This document shows positions 16,906 to 30,496 of a stretch of DNA of 64,000 bases, piece by piece (the first letter of the stretch is position 1; every line of letters starts with the position of its first letter). Made by a program: the position numbers and the translations under genes. Under the pieces are notes generated by a model that made no database searches, was not told the DNA's origin, and worked only from the letters and a program-made list of their open reading frames with translations. This stretch comes from the human T2T-CHM13v2.0 reference genome, Homo sapiens, in assembly GCF_009914755.1 (NCBI RefSeq), contig NC_060926.1. The stretch is one strand, 5' to 3'.

Positions 16906-17205
16906 GTTTGTTTTGTTTTTGAGACGGAGTTTCACTCTTGTTGCCCAGGCTGAAGTGCAGTGGTGCGAGCTCGGCTCACTGCAACCTCCACCTCCTGGGT
17001 TCAAGTGGTTCTCCTGCCTCAGCCGCCTGAGTAGCTGAGATTACAGGCATGCGCCACCACGCCTGACTTTTTTTTTTTTGTATTTTTAGTAAAGACGACG
17101 TTTCTCCATGTTGGTCAGGCTGGTCCGGAACTCCCAACCTCAGGTGATCTGCCTGCCTCAGCCTCCCAAAGTGTTGGGATTACAGCCATGAGCCACCATG
17201 CCTGG
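16906..17205 (-). mobile_element. AluS (Sp-like) with 16-bp TSD
   Basis: TSD tgatcctatgattttt at 16890-16905 and 17206-17221. Confidence 0.92.
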
Positions 17206-17619
17206 TGATCCTATGATTTTTATAGAGCATAAATGTAATGTTTGGATTCAAGAGGCCACCATTATCGTCAAACTCTGCTTCAATAGGAAAAAAGAAGGAT
17301 ACTGACTTGGAATAACAGTTAGAATTTTAATATAATTTTAAAATAATACATCCTGTATAGAGGGAACTTTGTAAGCAAAGCTATGGAATACAGTAAATAG
17401 AAATACCCCAGAAATAATTTGATAAGCTTGTAGAATAAACTGTCAAAAAAAATTATAAAACTGGAAAGGTTGAGTTGAGTTCATAGACAGTCCAGAATAC
17501 TAAGCTGAAGAGATTGGTATTTTATTTTTTATGCCATGAAGAATCTCTGGATGTGGTTAAGAGACAGAATTCTTGTATATTTCATATGCTATATTATTTG
17601 TTTTAACCAGGTAACTACA

Positions 17620-18190
17620 ATTTGTAGATAACCTATGTGCCAGGTACAATTCATTGTATCATTTCATTAAATTCTTATAAACACTTATAAGGTAAATAAT
17701 TGGAATTAGAAGGGTAAATAATTGAAATAAGGTTAAAATAATAGATTAATAACCTAGAGCTAGGTCTGCATGATTCTCAAGCCCATGGGCTTCCCAACAG
17801 TACCATACTGCCTTCCTAATTTGACAGATAGAAAGAATGAACCAGCATATGGGAAGACTGAGGCAAGGAGACTAAACTAGAGGTGGTTATAAGGACAAAA
17901 GTAGTGTTTGCGGAAATGTCAACTTGTGAAAAGACATGGGGTATATTTTAACAAAAAGGTAGAGATTAATGGCAGTATAATGTAGCATTTACAAATACAA
18001 ATTCTATAACAGAAACAGACTGTCGGTACAGAAGCTCGCTCTATTCTTTGTGTGTGACGTTGGACAAGTTGTCATATCATATAGCTTCAGTATACTCATT
18101 TCTAAAGTAAAACGGTCTCAAATGGGTTGTTGTATATCTTAAAATAGTTGATATCTGACACAATGGTAAATATCAACTAACACTGGCTTT
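17620..18190. mobile_element. Degenerate MIR/L2 relics
   Basis: MIR-like motifs (acctatgtgccaggtac; tgtgacgttggacaagttg...cttcagtatactcattt); boundaries uncertain. Confidence 0.5.
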
Positions 18191-19157
18191 TTTCTCATCG
18201 TCATCATTATTCATGTTTGGAAATAAGAGTACAAAAATGCCTCAAGTCTCAAGTTTTAGGCAAGTGGGAGGATAGCTGCACCCTAAAGGACACAGTAAAA
18301 ATAAAATCTAGAGAAGTAACTGATTTGTGCAGGGAAATAAGTAAATTTATTTTTAGAAGTATGCATGCCTTAAAGGTCTATGACTTTTCCGAACACTTCT
18401 ACAGTCTGCTTAGTTTCCACCTTTGTGGAAGTTTTCTATGTGATTTTTTCAATCACAGTGTGACTCCTCCTCTTCTTCATTAATATGCCAGTAGTGGCAT
18501 TGAACTGGTTTCCTCAACATGGACATCGGTCCATAACAATCAGCTCACCAGCAGAAATCTTCTGAATCTCCTATGCATCTCCTTAAAGAAGCTTCAAATA
18601 CAGCTATACCACCACCAATCCATTTCTACCAATTCTTGTCCCAAATCACTTGAATATATCCAGAGAATATTTTGATGTAATGAGAAAATATTAATGATAT
18701 ACCACCAGTTTTAAAACCTTCCACACGTCCTAAACTTTCTAATACTAGTATGCAATTATAATAAAATGTTTTAAATTAACTGTTAATTATTTTTGAAGTA
18801 AATATTTACAAATTTTAGAATCAATGCTCTAAACTGTTAAAACAAGCATATCTATGGTTTCTGAAAAAATGTATTTACTTTTGATTCCTTAAAAACAGTT
18901 ATCTTTGAACAAATCTCAATAGTGAAGGTTAACCAACCCCCAAAAGTGAGCCAGCTACATTTACCTAAGAATTTAAGAGTAACCTCCTAAGAATCTTTCA
19001 GCTTAAAAAGTTCTAGCAGCCTTTTCATAATTTTATACAAATAAAGTTTTCTGTTACAATTACTTATTATATGAAAAAAAGTTAAAACACTGGAAAATCA
19101 TCTTTCAAAGGAAAGACATCGACACAAATGTATTTAACCCAGTTGAGAGGTACTTAC

Positions 19158-19253
19158 AGTGCATGTTTTTGTCTTCCTTCTCTCACAGTTTGAATGTAGT
19201 ATACCAAATTATCAAAGAAAAGCTTCATCATGTTCAGTTCTTTTTCTGCCCAC
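19158..19253 (-). CDS. USP34: USP34 coding exon (~exon 20), 96 nt, WAEKELNMMKLFFDNLVYYIQTVREGRQKHAL
   Basis: tttgggccag|GTG acceptor; ACT|gtaagt donor. Confidence 0.96.
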
Positions 19254-21134
19254 CTGGCCCAAATAAAAGAAAAAATAATTTTAAAGTGGGCAGGGTAAGA
19301 GAATAAATCTATGCTATGACAGTAAATATGCAAATCTAAAAAAAATCTTCAAATGTAAAATTTTAGTTACGAAAAATATACACGTTTTATTTATATTTGA
19401 ATGGTGAAAAGATATAAAGCAATGTTCCTTCATTTTTATGAATTTAAAGTACCTTTGTAAGTTTTTAATCTCAAAATGCCTGTGAAAGTACTATTATCAA
19501 TGACTAATTTGAGTTAATATTAAAAGTAATATGATACCCTTTCATATAAGAATATACTATGTGCTTTGGTCATTACTTAGCACAATATCTGGCATACAGA
19601 AGGCATACAATAAACTTACTGCATATATCTTTTGTCATTAATTTGCTTATATTTTTGAACAAAATTTTTTTTAAAAAAATCAAAGAAATACCCAGCACTG
19701 AGTTCCAAAATAATGTAGAAATACTACAATGAAAACACAAATAGTGGCATATACATTCAGAGATCCCAGGGTCCATAACTTCCATAATTAACATAATGTA
19801 TTTCATATAACACCTATTAGCAATTTATCTGCTAAAATGTACAGATGTAGAAGTATTAAAATTCTCTAAGTTCCATGTAATTTACATCGTGTTTCTGTTA
19901 TAGCCATATTTTAAACAGAAGTTACTTTCACCTTGCTATTCACTAAATAAAGGTCAAGTGGTAGAAAGAAAAAGACTTTGGGTTTGAAGGCAGCTCCAAT
20001 ACACTTGCTACAACACAGCTTCAGGCAAGTAAGCTGTCTTGTGGAAGTCTGTTTGCTTGAAGGTTTATTAGAAGAATCAAGGGTAAGTTTCCAATTTTAA
20101 ACTATGGGCCATTAGAACGAGTTTAAGAGATAATATGTACTAAATATTAAGTGCTGCTATACATACTAGACTCACAATAAATGACAGCTTTTGTTGTTAC
20201 TGATGTCAAATAACCACAGGAGTTCTTTTAAGTGATGTAGTTTATGAGATTTAGGATACCAATCTCTTGTGGTAATGGAAACCCTGTGAATTTTCCTTAA
20301 TTAAGCTTATTTACATTTAATTTAAGGAACAAGCTAAAAGAGTTTCAACTCAATATATTTAGGTTCGGGTACTTGATTAAGTAACTGAATATTCAGAGAC
20401 TGCCCCTTCTATACAAGAAAGTTACTCCTTAATATGAACCACCTCCACTGACTATAATGACACCTGCTCGCCCGTGTTAGCACCAAATGACTGCCTTTAC
20501 TGCATTAGAATTTTGAAATTCAGCCACTTAAAAATTATAGAAAGAGGCAATGAAAAATGGCTCACACTATTCTTGTTCTTCAGTGATGTTAAATGCTTTC
20601 CCTTACCCCTCCTTTTGGAAGCTGAAGGACCTTCCTTGCAAAAACAGAACCTTCACTGGATTCTTACTGTAGTATTAACCAAAGAAAGAGACTAAGATAC
20701 TTCTAAATAATAATAAAGGTCCAGATTAAACATATTCCCTTTAAAAGAACAATTAGAAGCAAGGTATATGACTCAGAAGAATTAACTTCATCTAATCTGG
20801 AATTATAGTGCAGACTTCCAAGAACTATAAAAGTGATACTCCACTGTGAAAGCAAGCAAGTGTTCTTACCACCTAAGCTTAGAATTGAGAACTTGATCTC
20901 ACAAATGAATCCTTCAACAAGTCGAATTTTCCCTAAAATTCAAATGTCTCCGAAATCTCTCCAAAAGCTTATTTAGAATAAAGCATACAACACATCTTCT
21001 TAATGTATTGTTTGTGGTAGACAACTTTCTCTAGACTTATTACCAAAACATGGGGTCGATTTCACATAAAAGTTCTACCTCTGGAAGAATTATTGTAACA
21101 TTCATTAATCATAAGTTCTCCATAAATGGAGTAA

Positions 21135-21364
21135 CTAGTTGAATATCCCTTATCCAAAATGCTGGAGACCAGAAGTGTTTCAAATTTTTTCAGATTCCGT
21201 AATATTCGCAGAATGCATAGCAGTTGAACATAACTAATCCAAAAATCCAAATTCCAAAATGCTCCAATGAATATTTCCTTTGAGTGTCCTACTGATGCTC
21301 CAAAAATGTTGGATTATGGAGCATTTCAGATTTTAGATTTTTCAGATTAGGCATACTCAACCTG
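21135..21364 (+). mobile_element. Tigger4a/MER46A MITE
   Basis: gttgaatatcccttatccaaaatgct ... ggcatactcaacctg|TA. Confidence 0.8.
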
Positions 21365-21763
21365 TAATAAGGTAGTGTCAAGATTACCCCAAACATGACA
21401 TTAGGTCTACAGCCAATTCCTAGAAATGGGAAAAATTAAAGGCATGCCAGAGTTTACTTTAGTGTGGCTCTTCTTCAAAAGTACTCTGCTGTAGCTGCAT
21501 ACGCTAAAAATCTCCCTAAAATTAGAGTATTAATTGCTAAAGTACTGTTCTCAAACTCCAAAGAAAACAAAACACAGATTTTCCTACTGATCAGGATATA
21601 ATCTCTACAGGGGTAAGTGGCAGAAAAATCTAAGAAAACAAACCACATGAAACTCAAATTTTCCTGGTACAGAGTAAAAGCTTGTAGGTTAGTCAAAACC
21701 TTTAGATAACTATAATTAGAAAAAAATCTTTAAAATAAATACTTTTTTCTTTTATTTACTTAC

Positions 21764-21853
21764 ATTGTTATCCAGTGTGTATCGTAACTGCTCCCAAACT
21801 GCTGAAAAGTACCAAATAGTTTTGGAAGAAGACGAAGTGAAATTACTACTGAT
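21764..21853 (-). CDS. USP34: USP34 coding exon (~exon 19), 90 nt, SVVISLRLLPKLFGTFQQFGSSYDTHWITM
   Basis: tgtttcag|ATC acceptor; AAT|gtaagt donor. Confidence 0.96.
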
Positions 21854-23349
21854 CTGAAACAGCAGAAACATTCACAAAATAATTTTAGTAATTCTTTTTA
21901 TAGAAATTCAGCCATTTAAAATTTTAAATGCTAAAAGATTTAATGAATCTTGCATAGAGACATATTATTACACAAACATTAAACTTTTTTTCTCAGAAGT
22001 ATAAATTCATTTTACATATTAGGGCAAGAACTGCAAGTTTAAAAAATTCCAATCCAAGATCTTTAAGGTAAAACACACTATAAATATCTGGGTAAAAAAG
22101 CAAGTGAAGAGCATTTAAAGATGTTTCTTAAATGAAACTATTTCTTCATAAGTCATTACCATTTTCTCCTAAATTCTCAATATGATTTGCATTCAAATTG
22201 AGAATCATGACCTTATGAACCACGTCACTAATGGAAGCACACCACATACCTCAAAAGTATAAGGAGCAGAAAGGGGAAAGGAAATTACTTTAAAACTTCA
22301 AGTAGATCTGAGTCTGCCTATCCTCTGAAAGGAACAGGTACAGGACAGATACTGACATAGAAATCCTGGAAGTAGGAAAGGAGGTTGGCTGCATGAGCCT
22401 TAAAAGAGGCAAAACAAATTCTAATGAAGAACTAAACTTATTTTAATCTTAGAAGCCAATACTGCTTCATGAAAAAATTTTTCACAAATTTAGGAAGTAA
22501 ATTTTATTCACTTCCTGAATTTTCTTCAATAAACATGTTTTCATTTATAAAATGCAATGTGGAAGCAAGTATATGTTTGACGTTAGAGAAATAAGACGCC
22601 AGGCATTAAGTGGTTATTGACTGAGTTCAGTGAATAATGGTGTGGTTCATGAAAGACACAAACCAAAAGTAGGAATGTAGAAATAAGACTCATCTTCCTT
22701 CTACTCCTACCCTAAAGGAATGCTTTTCTCCAGAATTTATAAGTGCTGAATTATTGAGGAATAATTACATTATACATGGCTAAAGATTTTTAAGAGTTTT
22801 TCCTAAGATTATCTAAAAACTTCCAACTTTTCTCCCATTTAAAAGAATCAAATTCCAAAGAACAAAGACACACATTTTAAGTGCTATAATGACCAGACAG
22901 AGTCAAAGTCATCCCAAAGCACTAAAACATTTTATTAAAACTGATAAAATTTGTTTTTAAATGACAGAAAGTACTGCTTTTAGACTATAAATTAATAAAA
23001 CACAGAATGGGAAAGATAATTTTGGCCTGGTGATAATAATTTATGTTTCAATGAAAAAGGAAACTTTACAAAATCAAATATAAAACTCGTTCCAATAAAG
23101 ATTAAATTGTAGAATTTCTCCTATAATGACTATGAGATGTTATAATGACTTATCAACTTTTTTGCCCAAGTAGTTCTGACTACTGATATGCTTACAAAAC
23201 TAACAAAAGCATAAAAGGGAAGTGTTATAGTCAAACTTACATTTCACAAATTCTTTCAAGACTGAAAATTTCAAATACCAAAACACATAATCCTAGGCAA
23301 CAATGTGGTTAAGATAAAAAGATTCAATGGGCAACCACAAAGGCTCAAT

Positions 23350-23635
23350 GGCCAACGCATAATGGTTCATGCCTGTAATCCCAACACTTTGGGAAGTCAA
23401 GGTGAGCAGACTGAGCCCAGGAGTTTGAGACCAGCCAGGGAAACACAGTGAGACCCGGTCTCCACAAAAAAATACAAAAAATTAGCCACCCATGATGGCA
23501 CATGCCTGTAGTCCCACCTCCTCAGCAGGCTGAGGTGGGAGACTCGCTTGAGCCTGGGAGGCGGAGGTTACAGTGAGCTGAGATTGCACCACTGCACTTG
23601 GGCCTGGGTGACACAGTGAGACTGTCTCAAAGAGA
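23350..23635 (+). mobile_element. AluJ
   Basis: Diverged dimer. Confidence 0.85.
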
Positions 23636-24001
23636 AGATAAAGGTTCAATGATCCAGAGTAATAATACACTAATTTTAGACTCAAGAATAATCCTATTAT
23701 ACTGAATTGCACTAGTTGTTTGATTTATTCCAAGAGTTTGTGTTGTAACCAAAAGCTTATGACTATGCAACAGTGTGGTAGTCCTGTAAGAATTACTAAG
23801 GCAGCTTTTTGTTATCTTAGAACAGAGACATTCACTGTTGGTCTTCACAGCTGAAGTTACATATGGATGATTTTGCCTAATCTAGGACTCCATATTTTAA
23901 AGAAGTATATTCTACAAAATAGTCATTTAAAATTACAGCGTATATCAAAAGTTAACGTGAAATGCCATATATAATATAGTCTCTAGGGAAGCAAAACAAA
24001 T

Positions 24002-24020
24002 TGTGTGTGTGTGTGTGTGT
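24002..24020. repeat. (TG)n microsatellite
   Basis: About 9 TG units. Confidence 0.85.
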
Positions 24021-24028
24021 CCGCACAA

Positions 24029-24308
24029 TTTTTTTTTTTTTTTTGAGACAAAGTCTCACTGTGTTGCTCAGGCTGGAGTGCAGTGGTGCGATCTTGGCTC
24101 ACTGCAGCCTTGACTTCCCACCTCAGCCTCCCAAGTAGCTGTAACTACAGGTACGGGCCACCATGCCCAGCTAATTTTAAAGTTTTTCTGTAGAGATGGG
24201 GTCTTCCTATGTTTCCAAGGCTGGTCTCAAACTACTGGGCTCAATAGATGCCCCATCTCACCCTCTCAAAGTGTTGGACTTACACGCGTGAGACACTGTA
24301 CCTGGTCC
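24029..24308 (-). mobile_element. AluJ with internal deletion
   Basis: poly-T plus reverse dimer. Confidence 0.86.
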
Positions 24309-24409
24309 CTTTTGGATCTTTTTAATTTTCCTACCTATAAAAGAAGTATGTACTCATTTTAGGAAAACTGAGTAACAAATAGGCACAAAGAGAAAAAAAA
24401 AAAACCTCA

Positions 24410-24727
24410 AGCTGGGTGCAGTGGCTCACGCCTATAATCCCAGCACTTTGAGAGGTCAGGGCAAGCAGATCACTTGAGGTCGGGAGTTCGAGACCAGCCT
24501 GGCCAACGTGGCAAAACCCCATCTCACCTAAAAATACAAAAGTTAGCTGGGCGTGGTGGTGCACACCTACATTCCCAGCTACTTGGGAGGTTGAGGCAGG
24601 AGAATCACTTGAACCCGGGAGGCAGAGGCTGTCGTCAGCCAAGATCATGTCACTGCACTCCAGCCTGAGAAACTGACTGAGACTCCATCTCAAAAAAAAA
24701 AAAAAAAAAAAAAAGCAAAACAAAAAA
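24410..24727 (+). mobile_element. AluS
   Basis: TSD aaaaaacctcaa. Confidence 0.9.
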
Positions 24728-24889
24728 CCTCAATCCTCCCAAAAATAACTGCATTGTAGAGATTACACTCTGACTTATTTCTTACAATCTTTTCTTTTTA
24801 ACGGTTAGGCCTGCAATTATTTGCCTAAATCATTATATAATCTTTGAAAATAGGACCCTTAATGGCTGCATGATATTTAATCTTTCATA

Positions 24890-25770
24890 CAGTTTTCTCT
24901 TTCTATTGAAGTATAATAAACATACATACAAAAGAGGGCACAGATCTAAGCGCACAGCTCAAAATACTGAGGTAAACACATCTATGTAACCAGCAACCAA
25001 ATCAAGAAACGAATCAGTATCAGCATTCCAGGAGCCTCTACTGTGTCCCATTCCAACCACTCAGGGTAGCTATTACCCAGTCTACTAAATACAAGAACTC
25101 ACCTGTTTTTACATGATATAAATAAAATAATAGAGATACATAATGTTTTTGTGTCTGGCTTCTTTCTTGCAACATTGTGTTTGTGAAATTCAACCAAGTT
25201 GTTCCATGTAGTTGTTCACTGTTCATTCAATGTTACTGCTATATAGTATTTCAATGAATAGTCCACAATTATCCTTTCTACTTTTTTTTTTTGCATTTGA
25301 ATAGCTATGCAAAGAATACGTAGTTATGTTATGTTATTTATTTATTTATTTAGAGACAAGGTCTCACTCTGTTGCTCAGGGCTGGAGTGCAGTGACGTGA
25401 TCACGACTCACTGCAGCCTGAACCTCCCCAGGCACAAGCAATCCTCCTACCTCAGCCTCCCAAGTAGCTGGGACTACAGGCACACACCACCACATCTGGA
25501 TACTTTTATTTGTATTTTTTGTAGAGGCGAGGTTTTACCACATTGCCCATGCTGGTCTCAGTCCTGGACTCATGCAATCCACCTACCTTGGCCTCCCAAA
25601 GTGCTGGGATTACAGCCATTAGCTACTGCGCCCGGCCTAGTTATTTTCAATAGGGCTGCTGTTAGCATTCTTGACTCTGCCTTTGGGTGATCACCAGGGT
25701 ATATTTTGTTAGGCATATACTTAGAAGAGGAATTACTGGGTCAGAGGGTATGCAGATGCACATATGGAGA
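24890..25770 (-). mobile_element. Old L1M 3' fragment interrupted by an AluJ (25330-25638, minus)
   Basis: tgtgtctggcttctttcttgcaacattgtgtttgtgaaattc... and ggaattactgggtca motifs. Confidence 0.7.
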
Positions 25771-25908
25771 GTACAAATTATTGAACCACTTATTAAAATT
25801 TGTGTTTTCACAAAGACTTTTAAAAGAAAATTAACATTTTACAATTAACTGTTATAAAACCTATGTAAATGATGACATATCATCCAGCCATTAAAAGAAT
25901 TATTTTCA

Positions 25909-26241
<333 letters not shown>

Positions 26242-27232
26242 TCATTTACAAAGTTCTACTAGTGGTTTCTTATATGTGCATGAACAATGAATTTTTCTAC
26301 TGTAACTGCTCAACGTATTGCCCTTTAAAGAACCAAAAAAAGAAAATAAAATATAGCATGTACTTTTAAAATTCAATAGGGGAAAAAAATATTTTCAAGC
26401 ACTTATTTGGTAAAATTAGACAATCATAGCAGGCCTACACAGATGTGAGCAGAAAACAATATATTAATAACTGAACTGTCAACATACACACCAGAATTGT
26501 GTTTTCACTACATTAGAGAATGGAACACTATCAAAGCAGTATAGGTCAAGGGAAACATGAAACTGTATCCATGGAAGAACACTGAAAACCAAGAAATGTG
26601 TCATCAACTGAGTCCCAATGAGAAGTACATAAATATGAGGCAGAATTCAAACAAGAGAAAAAAACACTAATCTGTTTAAAAACAAAAACCAAAAAACAAA
26701 AAAAGACTTTTGAGGTATGACAAAAGAACTGTACATATCTAATATATACAACTTGATGAGTTACTAACCTAGTCTTTTATGCACTACAAATGCTGAGACA
26801 TTAAAAGATACATCTAAATGGAAGAACAATACTAATATCAAAGTGTTTATGTTGTAGCTTAAGTAAAATTTCACTTAACTTATTTAGCATCCTTTATGAG
26901 ACAGTTCAAGAACATTTAACTGCAATTTGAAAACAGAGTAATCACCAAGGTGTCCCCAGAATCAAAAAGATAGTATTGTTATTTTTTTGTTTCTGTTGGG
27001 TGGATCTAACAAAGAATGGTGAAAGGTGCTGAAAAGAGCAACACTGAGTGCTAAAATATGAACCATGTTAAGAAGAAACCTCTAAATTTCATATGAAAAC
27101 TATAATTACTAAAAAACAGATTAATACAGGTATATGAAACAGTATAAAAACATCACACCTAGTCAACAAGAATGTCCCCCCACACCCAAATACTTTGACT
27201 ACTGCATTAAAAATTTTTAAATTCCTCTTTAC

Positions 27233-27360
27233 CTGTTGTTTCCCAAGTTTTCAAGGCAACCTTCAATGAATCTCATTCGAATTTGTCTATCTGTAAACCA
27301 ACATACTAACGAACAAAGAAGTTTCTCTGCTTCATTTATTAATCCTTCAGAAAGATTAAC
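27233..27360 (-). CDS. USP34: USP34 coding exon (~exon 18), 128 nt, VNLSEGLINEAEKLLCSLVCWFTDRQIRMRFIEGCLENLGNNR
   Basis: tttatag|GTT acceptor after an 87-nt intron; CAG|gtaaag donor. Confidence 0.96.
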
Positions 27361-27447
27361 CTATAAAAAATGTATATAAAATTACTATTTATCCTAATTG
27401 CATCTTGCTGAAATTTCTTACTCTTCTGGTTCTATTAAATAACTTAC

Positions 27448-27563
27448 TGCATCTTCATCTTGGACTATATCCCACAACAAAGTATTTCCTTTCTTGCAAA
27501 CATTATCCAAATTAATGTCTGTAACAGCATTACTGTTGAATTGATGTTTATGAACTACAGGTC
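27448..27563 (-). CDS. USP34: USP34 coding exon (~exon 17), 116 nt, PVVHKHQFNSNAVTDINLDNVCKKGNTLLWDIVQDEDA
   Basis: poly-T tract then cttcag|GA acceptor; GCA|gtaagt donor. Confidence 0.96.
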
Positions 27564-27700
27564 CTGAAGAGAAAAAAAAAAAAAAGACACACTATAGAGA
27601 AATGCAGCTGACTGATTATAGCATTCATATGGTTAGCAAATCCAAAGAAAAGTACACGATATTTTTCTCAGATCATAAAATAAAAACACATTAGCACAAT

Positions 27701-27854
27701 ATTTTGTTTTGTTTTGTTTTTGTTTTTTTTTTTAAATAGAGACTGAGTCTCGCTATGTTGGCCAGGCTGGTCTTGAACTTGTGGCCTCCAGTAATCTCCT
27801 TCCTCAGCCTCCCTAAGTGTTGGGATTACAAGTGTAAGCCACTGCACCCAGCAT
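27701..27854 (-). mobile_element. Alu monomer (FLAM-like)
   Basis: Single left-arm-type monomer with T-rich tail. Confidence 0.8.
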
Positions 27855-29256
27855 GGCACAATACTTATGAGGAGAGAAGAATAGTGCCATTTAGATTTGA
27901 TAAGGCTAAAGTGAAATCGTTTCCTTTCTACAGTCTCTTTGCTATCTATAGTGATTAATATTTTCACATCAAGAGAACTGTACATAAATACTTGAAACTA
28001 AGTGTGAATAAGACAACATATTTGAAATAATTATTTAAACAGACATACCTCTAAATGACCTATATAATCTTTTATAATCCCTATATTTAAAAAAAAACTT
28101 AACACTATTTTTATTGGAGATAATTTACCCTTAACATTCAAATTAAAAGACTCTTTTATAGAAATACTACATTTTGTTTAGACACTCACCAGTTATAGGA
28201 CATTTGGATAGTTTCTAGTTTTACGCTATTATTAACAAAACTACCATAAACATCTGTGTAACAAGTTTTGCATCATTTCCTTTCCTTTCTCTTGGGTAAA
28301 TACTAGGATTGACATCACTGAGTCATAAGGTATTATGTATGTTTAAAAGAAAACTGCTGAAAAGATTTCCAAAGAGGCTGTGCCCTTTTACATTCCCATC
28401 AGCAGTGTATGAGAGCATCAGTCCCTTTCTTCCATATTCTCCCTAACACCGTAGTACTGTCACTCTTAATTTCACATACCTATTTTTAATTTCACATACC
28501 TATTAAGGTATGTGGTAGAATCTCATTGAGGTTTTTAATTTCCATTTCCCTAATGACTAATGATGAGAATCTTTTCGTATGCTTATTAGCCATGTGTATA
28601 CCTCTTTGGTGAAATAAGTAATTTGCCACTCTTTTAATTGGGTTGTCTTACTATTGAGTTATGAAATTATTTTATATTCCAAATACAATCCATTTCATAG
28701 ATATATAATTTTCAAATATTTCTTCTAGTCTGTGGCTTGTCTTTTTTTTTTTTTTTTTGGATGGGTGGGGGGACTGTTTTGGTATTTCGCTTTCATAATT
28801 TTATCGAAATACATATATAATCAAGATGGAGAACGTTTCTATCACCCTAGGAAGTTCCCTTGTGATCCTTTACAATCAGTCCCCACCCTCAAGCCCTAGG
28901 CAATGATTGAGGAGCTTTCTTTCCTTACAAATTACTTTTGACTGTTCTAGAACTGCACATAAGTAATACACAGTATGTACTTTCTTCTATTTCTAGCTTC
29001 TTTTGCTCAGAATGATGTTTTCAATATTCATCCATGATGTTGGATGTGTCTGTAGTTCTTTCCTTTCTACTGATGAGCAAAATTCCACTATGTGAATTTA
29101 TCAGTTAATTCCAGTTGGAAGGCCTTCTGAATAAAGCAGCACACATGAACAAATCTTTTCACAGACATGTTTTCACTTCTCTTGAGTAAAAACCTAAGGC
29201 AAAAAAACTGCTGGGTCATATGGTAGGTATATATTTAACTTTGTGATAAAGCAGTT

Positions 29257-29981
29257 TGATACAGTTTGAATGTTTTGTCCCCTCCAAATCTCATGTTGAA
29301 ATGTGACCTCCAGTGTTGGAGGTGAGTCTAGTAGAAGGCGTTTGGGTCAAGAGAGCAGATCCCTCATGAATGTCTTCATGCTGTCCTCACCATAGTGTGA
29401 ATTCTTACATTGAGTTCAGATAAGATCTGGTTGTTTAGAAGAGAGTGACACCCCTCCAACCCCCCGTTTCCACTTCTGCCATGAGACCCCTGCTCCCCCT
29501 TCACATTCTACCATGATTGTAAGCTTCCTGTGGCCCTCACCAGAAGCAGATGCTGGCACTATGCTTCTTGCACAACCTGCACAACTGTGAGCCAAAATAA
29601 ACCACTTTTGTTTATAAACTACCCAGACTCAGGTCTTTCTTTTTTTTTTTTTTTTTTTTTTTGAGATGCAGTCTCGCTGTGTTGCCCAGGCTGGAGTGGA
29701 GTGGTATGATCTTGGCTCACTGCAACCTCCCCGCCTCTCAGGTTCAAGTGATTCTCCTGCCTCAGCGTCCCGAGTAGCTGGGACGACAGGTGCCCGCCAT
29801 CACACCCAGCTGATTTTTGTATTTTTAGTACCAACGGGGTTTCACCATGTTGGCCAGGCTGGCCTCGAGATGCTGACCTCAGATGATCCACCTGTCTCGG
29901 CCTCCCAAAGTTCTGGGATTACAGATGTGAGCCACCGCACCAGGCGATTTCTTTATAGCAACACAATAATGGACTAACACA
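29257..29981 (+). mobile_element. MST (MaLR) solo LTR with nested Alu
   Basis: TGatacagtttg...ggactaacaCA with 5-bp TSD cagtt (29252-29256, 29982-29986). Confidence 0.87.
29636..29945 (-). mobile_element. AluS inside the MST LTR
   Basis: poly-T plus reverse dimer. Confidence 0.9.
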
Positions 29982-30140
29982 CAGTTCTCCAAAGTGATTA
30001 TATTTTATGTTCAACAGCAAGTTATGACAGTTCCAGCTCCACATTCTAATGTCAATCCTTGATAGTATCAGTCCTTAATTTTACTCATTTCAATAGGTAT
30101 GTAGTAGTGCCTCACTGTGGTTTTAACTTATATTTACTAG

Positions 30141-30496
<356 letters not shown>

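Noticed and set aside
18400-18670. Coding-looking unique stretch with a GTGAGC donor at 18549
   Set aside because: No recognisable protein in the frames I read and no convincing upstream acceptor.
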